NCBI GenBank assembly: GCA_048938385.1
Contig: JBHLMG010000001.1
Span: forward strand, 256,001-320,000
Length of the DNA stretch: 64,000 bases
Direction of reading: 5' to 3'
From: Promethearchaeota archaeon
GTDB taxonomy: Archaea > Asgardarchaeota > Hermodarchaeia > Hermodarchaeales > Hermodarchaeaceae
Shown here: positions 48,385-56,860 of the stretch, piece after piece
How positions within the stretch are numbered: position 1 is the first letter of the stretch
How the letters are laid out: the number at the start of each line of letters is the position of its first letter
Made by a program: the position numbers and the translations under genes
The notes under the pieces: model-generated
Seen by the model: the letters and a program-made list of their open reading frames with translations, nothing else
Told to the model about the DNA's origin: nothing
Database searches by the model: none

Positions 48385-49340
48385 CCCTTTCATCCATCAC
48401 TTCATCAGTCTTGGGGGCTTGGTTTAAAGCACCTGCTTCTAAACTGGATGAACTGTTCTTAGAGGCTCAACGAATCACTGACCATACATTCAAGCGACAA
48501 ATTACCCTCTACAAACCAGGAAGCGCGTTCCCTTCCATCTCGATAACCGGAAAACAGTGCCAACTCCGCTGTCAACACTGTAGTGGTCATTTCCTCGAGC
48601 ACATGCACGCAATAACTCGTCCCCAGGATCTTTTGCATTTTTGTCAACAGCTTGCTGAAGAAGGAGGCATCGGTTGCCTTATCAGTGGAGGATGTGGCTC
48701 CGATGGGACCCTTCCACTCGACCCCTTTCTTCCTGTGCTGTCTGAAATTAAACAAACAACAAACCTGATTCTCAATGTACATACAGGATTTCTCAACCGA
48801 ACCCAAGCCAGCCAGTTAGCCCAAACAGGCATTGATTGCGCTTCGGTTGATGTCGTAGGAAACGATACAACTATTCACACAATTTACGGTCTAACGAATC
48901 GATCAACCCTAGAGTACGCTATCACACTTGAAGCTCTCAAAACTATGAAAATACCAGTAGCCCCGCACATTTGTGTGGGTTTGCACCATGGCCGCCTTCT
49001 CGGGGAACTGAACGCGCTTCAAATGATTCACTCAATAGTGAAGCCTAAGTTACTTGTAATAATTGCATTTATGCCTACGCAAGGTACACCTATGGTGAAT
49101 GATCCGCCAGCTCGCCCTACGGATGTAGCGAAGGTATGTGCACTTGCCCGCCTACTCTTTCCGAAATCCGAGATCGCCCTAGGTTGTATGCGCCCAAGAG
49201 GGGCGATTCGAGAAAAAATGGAAGAACTAGCCATTCGCGCGGGAGCTACACGATTAGTTCAACCCACTAAGGCTTCACTGCATTACTTACAGCAGCATGG
49301 CTACTCACTAAAGACAGAAACAGCCTGTTGCATTGTGTAA
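48381..49340 (+). CDS. Archaeal lipoyl synthase subunit LipS1-type radical SAM protein
   Basis: CQLRCQHC; GCMRP and C-terminal CC. Confidence 0.85.
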   Translation: MTLSSITSSVLGAWFKAPASKLDELFLEAQRITDHTFKRQITLYKPGSAFPSISITGKQCQLRCQHCSGHFLEHMHAITRPQDLLHFCQQLAEEGGIGCLISGGCGSDGTLPLDPFLPVLSEIKQTTNLILNVHTGFLNRTQASQLAQTGIDCASVDVVGNDTTIHTIYGLTNRSTLEYAITLEALKTMKIPVAPHICVGLHHGRLLGELNALQMIHSIVKPKLLVIIAFMPTQGTPMVNDPPARPTDVAKVCALARLLFPKSEIALGCMRPRGAIREKMEELAIRAGATRLVQPTKASLHYLQQHGYSLKTETACCIV

Positions 49341-49363
49341 TCCTGTGAATGAAAACGGAGCAA

Positions 49364-49984
49364 CTATTCCATCTGTTCTTTTGAGATTTTAACGCCCTTA
49401 GAGTCAATGACTGCAAGCTGAATTGTTCCGCCTGAAGCGATATCACGTCTACGAGCCGCGTTTACAGCGCGTGTCACCAATTGTATTCCTTCTTCAATGG
49501 ACATGTTATCGCGATACTCATCTTCAAGGACGCCATAAGCTACAACGGATCCGCTACCCGTTGCAGTGAATTCATCTTCTTCAAGCATGCTTCCCAACGG
49601 ATCGAGCATATAGACATGGCTTCCTTCGGCGTCTACTCCTCCGACTATAAGCATTGCAATCAAAGGAAACATTCGGTTACGGAAAAGAATCGACGATGTA
49701 AGGCGAGAAATCGCCTTCACTGATAAATCACGTCCTTTCTCAAGAGCTTCTAACTTAGCGATTGCGCGAATGTTGTTAATCAATTGTTGGGCGTCTGCTA
49801 CGGAGCCTGAGATAGTCATTGCTACATTATCTGTAATCTGTAAAATTTTCGGTGCTGTGTCACTGGCAACAAGGTAGCCCATAGTTGCTTGACTTTCTGT
49901 TCCAAGGATAACGCCTCCATTCACTTTCACTGCTACAGTAGTTGTATGTGACATTAACCGTTGATTATCTTTAGGTTCCATCAT
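49364..49984 (-). CDS. psmB: Proteasome beta subunit
   Basis: TTTVAV, KI, SGSVADAQ, TGSGS, RDIASG. Confidence 0.93.
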   Translation of the reverse strand: MMEPKDNQRLMSHTTTVAVKVNGGVILGTESQATMGYLVASDTAPKILQITDNVAMTISGSVADAQQLINNIRAIAKLEALEKGRDLSVKAISRLTSSILFRNRMFPLIAMLIVGGVDAEGSHVYMLDPLGSMLEEDEFTATGSGSVVAYGVLEDEYRDNMSIEEGIQLVTRAVNAARRRDIASGGTIQLAVIDSKGVKISKEQME

Positions 49985-50155
49985 TTCATCTTACCCGCAA
50001 ATACAGCGTCTGTGCCCACGATTATTACTAACAATTTAAGTGTTCTTCTCTTTTCGATACCCGCTTTACATGCTGACTTCCTTGTAGTGAATACATTGGG
50101 TCAAAACATTTTTAGCCAAGACTCCTTTCGTCTCCTTTACTCGTTAAAAGGTGTT

Positions 50156-50860
50156 ATGACTTTGGCATTCCGACCTGAGATTCAAACCCCACAGACTGGT
50201 GAAATTCGTAGCGGACGAGGATTCAGTCTAAAAGAGCTTAAGGATGCAGGTATAAGTCTAGCTGATGCACGCTGGATGGCTATCCCTATTGATAGTCGGA
50301 GAAAAACCAAGCACGAAAATAATGTGAATGCTCTCAAAGATTATATTAAACGACTTAAAACTCTCAGGAAAGGAGCAAAGAAGCCTGTACCCAAACCCAA
50401 AGCTGAGAAGCCTGCTCCTGTTCCAACAAAACCCATAGAAACTGATCTCACCGATCTTTCTGGGGTTACTAAGAAACAAGCTGAAACTTTAGCTGCAGCG
50501 GGCATAACTAGCATTCGCACACTTTCCACAACGGCTCCACGCCGTTTAGTTCGACTAACCGATATCAAGCGAGATCGAGCAACGAAACTAATTGAGAGTG
50601 CAAAACGATATCAGCGTGAAAAGACTAAGGCCGTGCGTGAGAAAAAGGTAGAAGAACCTCAAATCACCGAGCTAAAACATCTCCCAGAAATTACACGCGG
50701 TGATATTAAACAGCTCAGGGAACTTGGAATTGAAACTCTAGAGGAACTCAAAACTGAGAACCCTCGAGACCTTTCACTCATCACCGCCATGCCAGAAACC
50801 CGTATCAAAGAATGGCAAAAGATCATTCGCGCAATTGAAAGGGAAACCAAAACTGATTAG
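50156..50860 (+). CDS. rpl13e: Ribosomal protein L13e fused to two helix-hairpin-helix (DUF4332-like) repeats
   Basis: R.GRGFSL.ELK.AG....AR...IPID.RRKT....NV..LK, followed by two HhH repeats. Confidence 0.88.
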   Translation: MTLAFRPEIQTPQTGEIRSGRGFSLKELKDAGISLADARWMAIPIDSRRKTKHENNVNALKDYIKRLKTLRKGAKKPVPKPKAEKPAPVPTKPIETDLTDLSGVTKKQAETLAAAGITSIRTLSTTAPRRLVRLTDIKRDRATKLIESAKRYQREKTKAVREKKVEEPQITELKHLPEITRGDIKQLRELGIETLEELKTENPRDLSLITAMPETRIKEWQKIIRAIERETKTD

Positions 50861-50881
50861 CCCAACGAAATACCTTCCATT

Positions 50882-51862
50882 CTATTTTAAGAAGGGCGTC
50901 CAAGGCCAAGACTGTTCTGTTGAGAACCATCCGAAGGCTTGATAGAGAACAGCAATTGCTCCCTGGGGTGGAATCACCCCTTGTTCAGTAATAATGGCGT
51001 CAATGTATTCAGCGGGTGTTACATCAAAGGCAGGATTACGGACGCTGACATGCTTCCATCGTGCAAGGATATCGGGCTCTGCAACTTCCTCGGTATCCCT
51101 TTCTTCGATTTCTACAAGTTCTCCTGCCATAGTTGCGGGGCTGAATTTGTAACTCTCTGCTGCTACATAGAAATCGACACGAGCCTCATCCGCTGCTAAA
51201 GCGACAGCACTGGTACCAATCTTGTTAACCACTGCTCCATTCGCTGTAACCGCATCGGCACCAACAAAAACCTTGTCTGCTTGATCCATAAGGTATCGCA
51301 CTGAGTTATCCGTAATCAGAATGGATGGAATCCCCGCCTCATCGAGCCAAGTGGCTGTAATGTGACCTTGATATTTGGGGCGCGTTTCAGGTACATACAC
51401 GGTAAATTCCTTTCCAAGGGAGTACGCCGTCTTAAGAACACCAAAGGCTGTAGCGCTATTGCAATAGGTAAAGATGATATCGCCGTTTACAATGAGCCGC
51501 GCACCTATTTCACCAATAGTTTTTACGGCATTATTTGACATTTCGAGGAATTCATTCCCTATCTTTAGCCCGGCGTCTTTCAATGCCTTTACAGTTCTAA
51601 CTTGGTTCGATTTAGCTAAAAACCGCGAATAAAAGTAGCGTAACCCATTTGGCAAAGATACAGCTGTAGGTCTTGTCTCATACAACAGTTGAGCCGCTTG
51701 TGCCACATCCTGAAGCAAGTGCTTTATCTGTTTGGCTTTTGATTCCTGGGAAGCAATCATTAGTGCTTTAACAGCGGCTCGAGCTATTCGCCCTGCTCCT
51801 CGTGTTCGCATTGATCGTATGTTATTAGCAATTTTCATTGTTTCTTGAGGAAGAGTCGCCAT
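50882..51862 (-). CDS. Ribose-1,5-bisphosphate isomerase / eIF2B alpha-beta-delta family
   Basis: RGAGRIA, RPTAVSL, TYCNS, ETRP, GADA, NKIGT, NPAFDVTP. Confidence 0.9.
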   Translation of the reverse strand: MATLPQETMKIANNIRSMRTRGAGRIARAAVKALMIASQESKAKQIKHLLQDVAQAAQLLYETRPTAVSLPNGLRYFYSRFLAKSNQVRTVKALKDAGLKIGNEFLEMSNNAVKTIGEIGARLIVNGDIIFTYCNSATAFGVLKTAYSLGKEFTVYVPETRPKYQGHITATWLDEAGIPSILITDNSVRYLMDQADKVFVGADAVTANGAVVNKIGTSAVALAADEARVDFYVAAESYKFSPATMAGELVEIEERDTEEVAEPDILARWKHVSVRNPAFDVTPAEYIDAIITEQGVIPPQGAIAVLYQAFGWFSTEQSWPWTPFLK

Positions 51863-51924
51863 CGTCGTCGCCGAGGCATTTAATACTATAACAGGGTATT
51901 AATGCTCTCATAGAGGGGCTATCA

Positions 51925-52860
51925 ATGGATGTCGAAGAACTGATTACGAAACTCAAAACCTATGAAATTGCTAGCGCTGATGGAACAGCCATTGCAGCTG
52001 CAAACGCAATAAAAGAACTCGCTCTACGCTCTAAAGCAAAATCAACAAGACATCTTTTTGAACAGGTCAAAGTTGCGGCCCTTGGGCTTCGCCAAGCGCG
52101 TCAAAGCTCAGCAGCACTTCACAACTGCCTCGATTTTATTGAAGACGCGACTCAGCTCGCCTCTAGCCAAAAAGTTCCGTTGCCAGAGGTTCGTGATTTA
52201 ATTGGAAAAACCTGTGATACATTTGTAGCTCGAATTGACGAAGCAAAGAAGCGTATTGCAGAAATTGGTGCCAAACGCATCCGAACTGGAGATCGAATCC
52301 TAACGCTGTGTCGGAGCACCACCGTGCTTGGGATTCTAAGAAAGGTCGTCGAACAAGGAAAACAGGTTCATGTGTTTGTCGCAGAAAGTCGTCCCGACCT
52401 TGAAGGGCGATTATTGGCAACTGAAGTAGCAGCATTAGGAATCCCTGTGACTTTATTCACAGATTTCGCTGCCCGTATTTTTCTTCCCGACATGAACATC
52501 ATGCTTGCAGGCGGCGAAGCAATCGCTGCAAGCGGTGCAATTGTGTCAAAGGTTGGTACTGCAACACTAGCCGAATTATGCCATGGTGCCCGTGTCCGGG
52601 TGTTAATAGCATTAGGAAGCTACAAGTTCTCCCACGAGACTATTTTAGGGCGGTTAATCACCATTGAAGAAGGAGCTCCTGCGCAAGTCGTTGCGCAAGA
52701 GGAAATCAATCCCCAAGTTAAAGTCAGGAACCCCCTTTTCGATGTTACTGGTCCTGAACATATTGATGCGTTCATCACTGAGCATGGCATTATTCCTCCT
52801 CAGGGAGCATACCTCCTTTTTACGGTAAATCAACGAAAAGGAAATGATGAGAAAGGCTGA
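51925..52860 (+). CDS. Divergent eIF2B-regulatory/R15Pi paralog
   Basis: ESRP, NPLFDVT and ITEHG retained; the RGA, RPT and GAD motifs are altered. Confidence 0.85.
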   Translation: MDVEELITKLKTYEIASADGTAIAAANAIKELALRSKAKSTRHLFEQVKVAALGLRQARQSSAALHNCLDFIEDATQLASSQKVPLPEVRDLIGKTCDTFVARIDEAKKRIAEIGAKRIRTGDRILTLCRSTTVLGILRKVVEQGKQVHVFVAESRPDLEGRLLATEVAALGIPVTLFTDFAARIFLPDMNIMLAGGEAIAASGAIVSKVGTATLAELCHGARVRVLIALGSYKFSHETILGRLITIEEGAPAQVVAQEEINPQVKVRNPLFDVTGPEHIDAFITEHGIIPPQGAYLLFTVNQRKGNDEKG

Positions 52861-52911
52861 AAAGTCTGGAGTATCCGTGTTTTTGAACAGTAACGAACAG
52901 GATGTTGAATT

Positions 52912-53133
52912 ATGTCTCCTGCTGCCAGCTCTGCTAAGAAAAAAGGAGTAAAGAAGCTTGCGGAAGTCGATGGCGAGCTCTGCGGAATTTGTCAAGCCTG
53001 TGCAACCGTTTGCCCAGTGAATGCAATTGAGGTGACAGAGAATTTCGTCACGGTGTTAGCGGAAAAGTGTACAGGCTGTGGAGTATGTGTGGGGGTCTGT
53101 CCAGTAGGAGCGATTACCCTGATTGAGCGTTAA
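52912..53133 (+). CDS. 2x[4Fe-4S] ferredoxin
   Basis: Two CxxCxxCxxxCP motifs. Confidence 0.93.
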   Translation: MSPAASSAKKKGVKKLAEVDGELCGICQACATVCPVNAIEVTENFVTVLAEKCTGCGVCVGVCPVGAITLIER

Positions 53134-53163
53134 CTTTGAATTGCTTACCTTGGAGGAAATTAA

Positions 53164-54381
53164 ATGCCAAAACATGATCAAGTGATTGTGGTTGGGGCTG
53201 GACCAGCGGGGTCTTCGGCTGCCGTTGGCGCCCTACGAGCTGGTGCGACGGTTACGATTCTTGATAGAAAAACCAATGTCGGTGTTCCAGTTCAATGTGG
53301 AGAAGCTATTGGTAAAACCGGTCCAGGCGTTGCAGAAATTGATATCCCTGAAGTGGCAATAAAGACTCCAATTCGGGGCTTTCGCATATATAGTCCTGGT
53401 CAACTTACCGTGGATTTTGCAGAAGATGAACCTAGTGGATTTATCGTAGATCGTCGGGTCTTCGATAAAGAACTATTCGCCCGGGCCACTGAAGCAGGTG
53501 CTGATAGCCTTCTTGGCGCGCGCGTGCTAGATCTCACTCGTTCTAATGGGGGAGTCAATGGAGTGGTTGTAAGGCATGACGGTAATCGAAAGACACTGAA
53601 GGCTCGTGTTGTAATTGGAGCCGATGGAGTCAACAGCCAAGTAGCACGCTTAACTGGGCTCCGAAAATCCTACAAACCAGCAGATATCGACTCGTGTTTC
53701 GCCTATGAAATGACTAACTGTGAACTCGATGTAAATGACCTCATGCAGTTTCTCTTAGGAAGTGAAGTTTCTCCCCGAGGTTATATCTGGATTTTTCCAA
53801 AAGGAAATGGGCGTGCGAATGTAGGAATTGGTATAGGGGGAACAGTGGATGCCAAAACTGCCAAAGAATATCTTGATCAATTCCTCAAACATCACGATGT
53901 TGCCAAAAAGCAACTCAGTCATGCAAAGGTGATCGAAACCCGAGTAGGGGCACTCCCGGTGTGTGGTCCGAATAAGATTAATGTGGTTGATGGGGCGCTC
54001 TTGGTAGGAGATGCAGCTGGCCATGTACATCCCATCACGGGCGGTGGAATGGGTTATGCTATGGTCTGTGGAAGCATTGCTGGGCGCGTCGCTGCTGAAT
54101 GCATCGCTAATAACCAGGTAAAAAGCTCCAACCTCCAAGTGTACGAGAAGGAATGGCGAAAACTCTATGGCATGGAATTTGACCAATCATTAAAACTCCG
54201 AGACCTCCTTCTCAAGACTGACGATGAAACTTTAGATCGATTGGCAAAAATCGTAACTGGTGAGTCTATCGTGAAAATGACCACAGGGAAGAAGGTGAAA
54301 ATCTTCATGAAGGCTATGGCAACGGGCGATGCAAAACTCATCGCCCTTATGAACGAATTACGGAAACTTCGTATGGTCTAG
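53164..54381 (+). CDS. Digeranylgeranylglycerophospholipid (geranylgeranyl) reductase
   Basis: GAGPAG, PVQCGE, YIWIFP, GDAAG..HPITGGG. Confidence 0.92.
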   Translation: MPKHDQVIVVGAGPAGSSAAVGALRAGATVTILDRKTNVGVPVQCGEAIGKTGPGVAEIDIPEVAIKTPIRGFRIYSPGQLTVDFAEDEPSGFIVDRRVFDKELFARATEAGADSLLGARVLDLTRSNGGVNGVVVRHDGNRKTLKARVVIGADGVNSQVARLTGLRKSYKPADIDSCFAYEMTNCELDVNDLMQFLLGSEVSPRGYIWIFPKGNGRANVGIGIGGTVDAKTAKEYLDQFLKHHDVAKKQLSHAKVIETRVGALPVCGPNKINVVDGALLVGDAAGHVHPITGGGMGYAMVCGSIAGRVAAECIANNQVKSSNLQVYEKEWRKLYGMEFDQSLKLRDLLLKTDDETLDRLAKIVTGESIVKMTTGKKVKIFMKAMATGDAKLIALMNELRKLRMV

Positions 54382-54456
54382 CTGATGACTCCTTCAGGTA
54401 AACAACTTTAAATCATTATTCTTCTTTGGTAATCAAGAATAACCGAGGTAAGTACT

Positions 54457-54936
54457 ATGGGATCAACATCTGGCACAATCGTAGCAATACTCATCGGATT
54501 TATCGCCACCCTTGGAATTGCCTTTGGGCTCTTATATGCAGCATCAATGGGCTTTCCGTTAACAGGACCAGGGCTTATACCGGGATCGGTTGCAGCTTCC
54601 TTTCTTACTGCTGATATTCTCACTCAGCTTCAGATGGTGTATACGAATTTCTTGCTCAACATCCTTGAGGTGTATATTCTTGCGCCTATTGTCTGGCTCT
54701 TGGGTGGGTTAATTGGCGGGTTCATTGCCCGAGATCTAACTCGAGGAGCCGCAGCGGGGTTGATTGCGGCAATCATCGCGCCCTTCTTTACTCTTGTAAT
54801 CAGTTGGGTGATGACATCTAGTCTAGACTACAACCTGCTCCTCTGGTGGGTGATTAACGGCATTCTCGGCGGTATCATTGCTGCTGTTGGTGGCATAATC
54901 GGTGGAACGCTCACCTCTCAAATTGAGACGCGCTAG
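54457..54936 (+). CDS. Gly-rich four-TM membrane protein
   Basis: Hydrophobic GxxxG-rich helices; GAGGT SD. Confidence 0.7.
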   Translation: MGSTSGTIVAILIGFIATLGIAFGLLYAASMGFPLTGPGLIPGSVAASFLTADILTQLQMVYTNFLLNILEVYILAPIVWLLGGLIGGFIARDLTRGAAAGLIAAIIAPFFTLVISWVMTSSLDYNLLLWWVINGILGGIIAAVGGIIGGTLTSQIETR

Positions 54937-54974
54937 AACCACATTAATAGGCATATAACCTAAGGCTCCTTAGT

Positions 54975-55574
54975 ATGCCCCAACTTAGGAGTTTTACAAC
55001 CACATCCATTGGGCTCCTCGCTGGGATCACAGCGTCCGTGCTGGTGTACCTTACTCACTTTAAAATCCTTTACTCGATGGTATACTCGACATATTTCGGT
55101 TTAATCAATTCACTACAGTTCTATGAAGTAGCATGGATCCTCGCTACCTTTGATTTTCTTCTCAATCTCATGAACCCTTTTTCCTTCTTTTTGTGGGTCT
55201 TAATGGCCTTCCTTTTTGCTCTGATTCTTCGAAATATGAATGCGACATTGACAGTTCTTGCTATCGCTGTGCTTCTACCAGCAGGAACATGGCTCCTCTT
55301 CGCGGTGAAATACGCGGTTTTTCTCGGATTCACGCCCCCGCTTCTCTTTGCGCTCTTTCTCTGTCGGCTTCTCTTCCCCTTGGCTCTCGTTACGACTCTG
55401 GCTTCATTAACTACGCTGCCCTTCTGGATGATTCAACGACGACAGGGCGCCTCGGTAGAAACATCGAGGGTTGTGCAGTTTGCCTGTTCTAGTTGTGGCG
55501 CTAAGTACCGCTCTAAGCCATTGATATGTGTTGAGTGTGGGCGGGAAGGAGTGATCTATGCGGACCAGGAGTAA
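54975..55574 (+). CDS. Membrane protein with a C-terminal zinc ribbon
   Basis: Several TMs, then CSSC...CVEC. Confidence 0.72.
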   Translation: MPQLRSFTTTSIGLLAGITASVLVYLTHFKILYSMVYSTYFGLINSLQFYEVAWILATFDFLLNLMNPFSFFLWVLMAFLFALILRNMNATLTVLAIAVLLPAGTWLLFAVKYAVFLGFTPPLLFALFLCRLLFPLALVTTLASLTTLPFWMIQRRQGASVETSRVVQFACSSCGAKYRSKPLICVECGREGVIYADQE

Positions 55575-55648
55575 ATCCTGCTGAAACCTAAACGATGATT
55601 ACTAGAATCGCAAAAAAATAGCCGTTTCATTGAGAAAAACATAAAGAC

Positions 55649-55654
55649 TTATAA
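55649..55654 (+). promoter_or_regulatory. TATA box (TTATAA) of the candidate ncRNA
   Basis: Purine-rich upstream flank; about 23 nt before the 5' end of the closing stem. Confidence 0.55.
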
Positions 55655-55677
55655 TTTACATTCATGATTATACAATA

Positions 55678-55810
55678 GCCGGTTTGGGGCAGTGGCACAA
55701 TTTTAAAAAGACGCTCGATGCTCCTCATAGGCAGAATCCTCCCAAAAAAACCTCAGGCCTAAGTCGTCCTCGCCCTCCAAAATCCCTCCTCCCTCAACTG
55801 CCCTTCCGGC
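55678..55810 (+). ncRNA. Candidate small RNA: closing stem plus a loop carrying eight CCUC motifs
   Basis: 5' GCCGG..GGGGCAGT pairs with 3' ACTGCCCT..CCGGC; TATA upstream; T-tract downstream. Confidence 0.6.
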
Positions 55811-55811
55811 A

Positions 55812-55822
55812 TTATTTTTTTT
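55812..55822 (+). terminator. Oligo-T archaeal terminator
   Basis: TTATTTTTTTT immediately after the closing stem. Confidence 0.6.
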
Positions 55823-55875
55823 GATCTCATGCAGAATGAATTGACAAGATAGCACTAGATTGGATTATCTCGATT

Positions 55876-56781
55876 TCATGCCGGTGCGGCTAGGATGGCG
55901 TTTGAAATCGCGAATTCCAATACCTCTACAATCGCGTATTCAGGAAGCCCCAGGAGGAAAGCGATAGTTTTTACATCTCGTTTTCCATCTACCAGAAAAA
56001 GAACATCGCGTGCGTAAGGACCGAATTTATCAAAGAGGGCACTTCCTACTGGAGATCCCTTATCGAGAGCGGCAAGAAGGTTATTACTTCCTTCAGGGAC
56101 GAAAGAGAGGTTAATTTGGCCTTCGGGCGTGGCTGGTGGGGGTAGAGGTGGAGCTGTAGCTTCAAGAGTTTCTAAGGGTGGGGGTTCCAGGGGTGGAGGT
56201 TCTAACGGTGGAGGGAGTTGGTCTTCAGGTATAGCAGTAACTGGTTCTGGAGGCGGGGTTGGTATGATATCGGGCTGGGTAGCGGGAGGGGGTGTTGGTC
56301 TAGGTGTTGGAGTTGGCTCAGTTGTAGGTTGTGGTATTGGAATAGGCTGTGGGGGAGGTGTTGCTGGAGGAGCTGGCTCTTGAGGTTGTGGGCTTGGAGT
56401 GGGTGTAGCCGGAGGGGTTGGAGTTGGTCGGGCAGGTGCAGCAGGCATAGTCTTTAAGATATTAAGGTCAAGTTCACGAAGAGCCAAAAGGGTGGCTTTG
56501 GTTTTCACTACGGCAATTCCCAGTGAGAGGTTGGGAGGAAAAAGTACTGCGAGTAGCCAGTTGTTGGCAATTTTGGAAATCACAACTAATCCCTGTTCGG
56601 TATTCACAGTAAGTTGGCTGATTTGTCCTTGGTAAAGACTCACCGTTTGTTTTACCATGGCCTCAGTTGTCGGGTCTAGGGTACTTTGATAGACGATATT
56701 GTCAGGTGACAAAATACAGAAAGCTTTGACCATGCGATCAAAACGAAGGTTATCAAGAGCCCGCTGGACATCCTCTACCAT
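55876..56781 (-). CDS. Roadblock-like domain + polyproline linker + C-terminal winged-helix domain
   Basis: N-terminal 'ISQLTVNTEQGLVVISKI...LLAVL.PPNLSLG'; ~100-aa P/T-rich linker; 'VDGKRDVKTIA' wHTH. Confidence 0.7.
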   Translation of the reverse strand: MVEDVQRALDNLRFDRMVKAFCILSPDNIVYQSTLDPTTEAMVKQTVSLYQGQISQLTVNTEQGLVVISKIANNWLLAVLFPPNLSLGIAVVKTKATLLALRELDLNILKTMPAAPARPTPTPPATPTPSPQPQEPAPPATPPPQPIPIPQPTTEPTPTPRPTPPPATQPDIIPTPPPEPVTAIPEDQLPPPLEPPPLEPPPLETLEATAPPLPPPATPEGQINLSFVPEGSNNLLAALDKGSPVGSALFDKFGPYARDVLFLVDGKRDVKTIAFLLGLPEYAIVEVLEFAISNAILAAPA

Positions 56782-56860
56782 CGTTCGACAGGTACCCCCG
56801 TTGGCACTTATAGGCTATAGGGTACTGGGAATTTGCTCTCTAAAATGTTTGTGCAATATC

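Noticed and set aside
46585-49340. Radical SAM-ligase-radical SAM trio as a novel system
   Set aside because: Matches the described LipS1/LipS2 lipoate assembly pathway
49961-50155. N-terminal 65 aa of the 299-aa ORF
   Set aside because: It spans the divergent promoter region; an SD-led ATG at 50156 starts L13e
56129-56635. Gly-rich plus-strand ORFs and short DNA repeats
   Set aside because: Antisense shadow of the polyproline linker; not CRISPR or an independent repeat array
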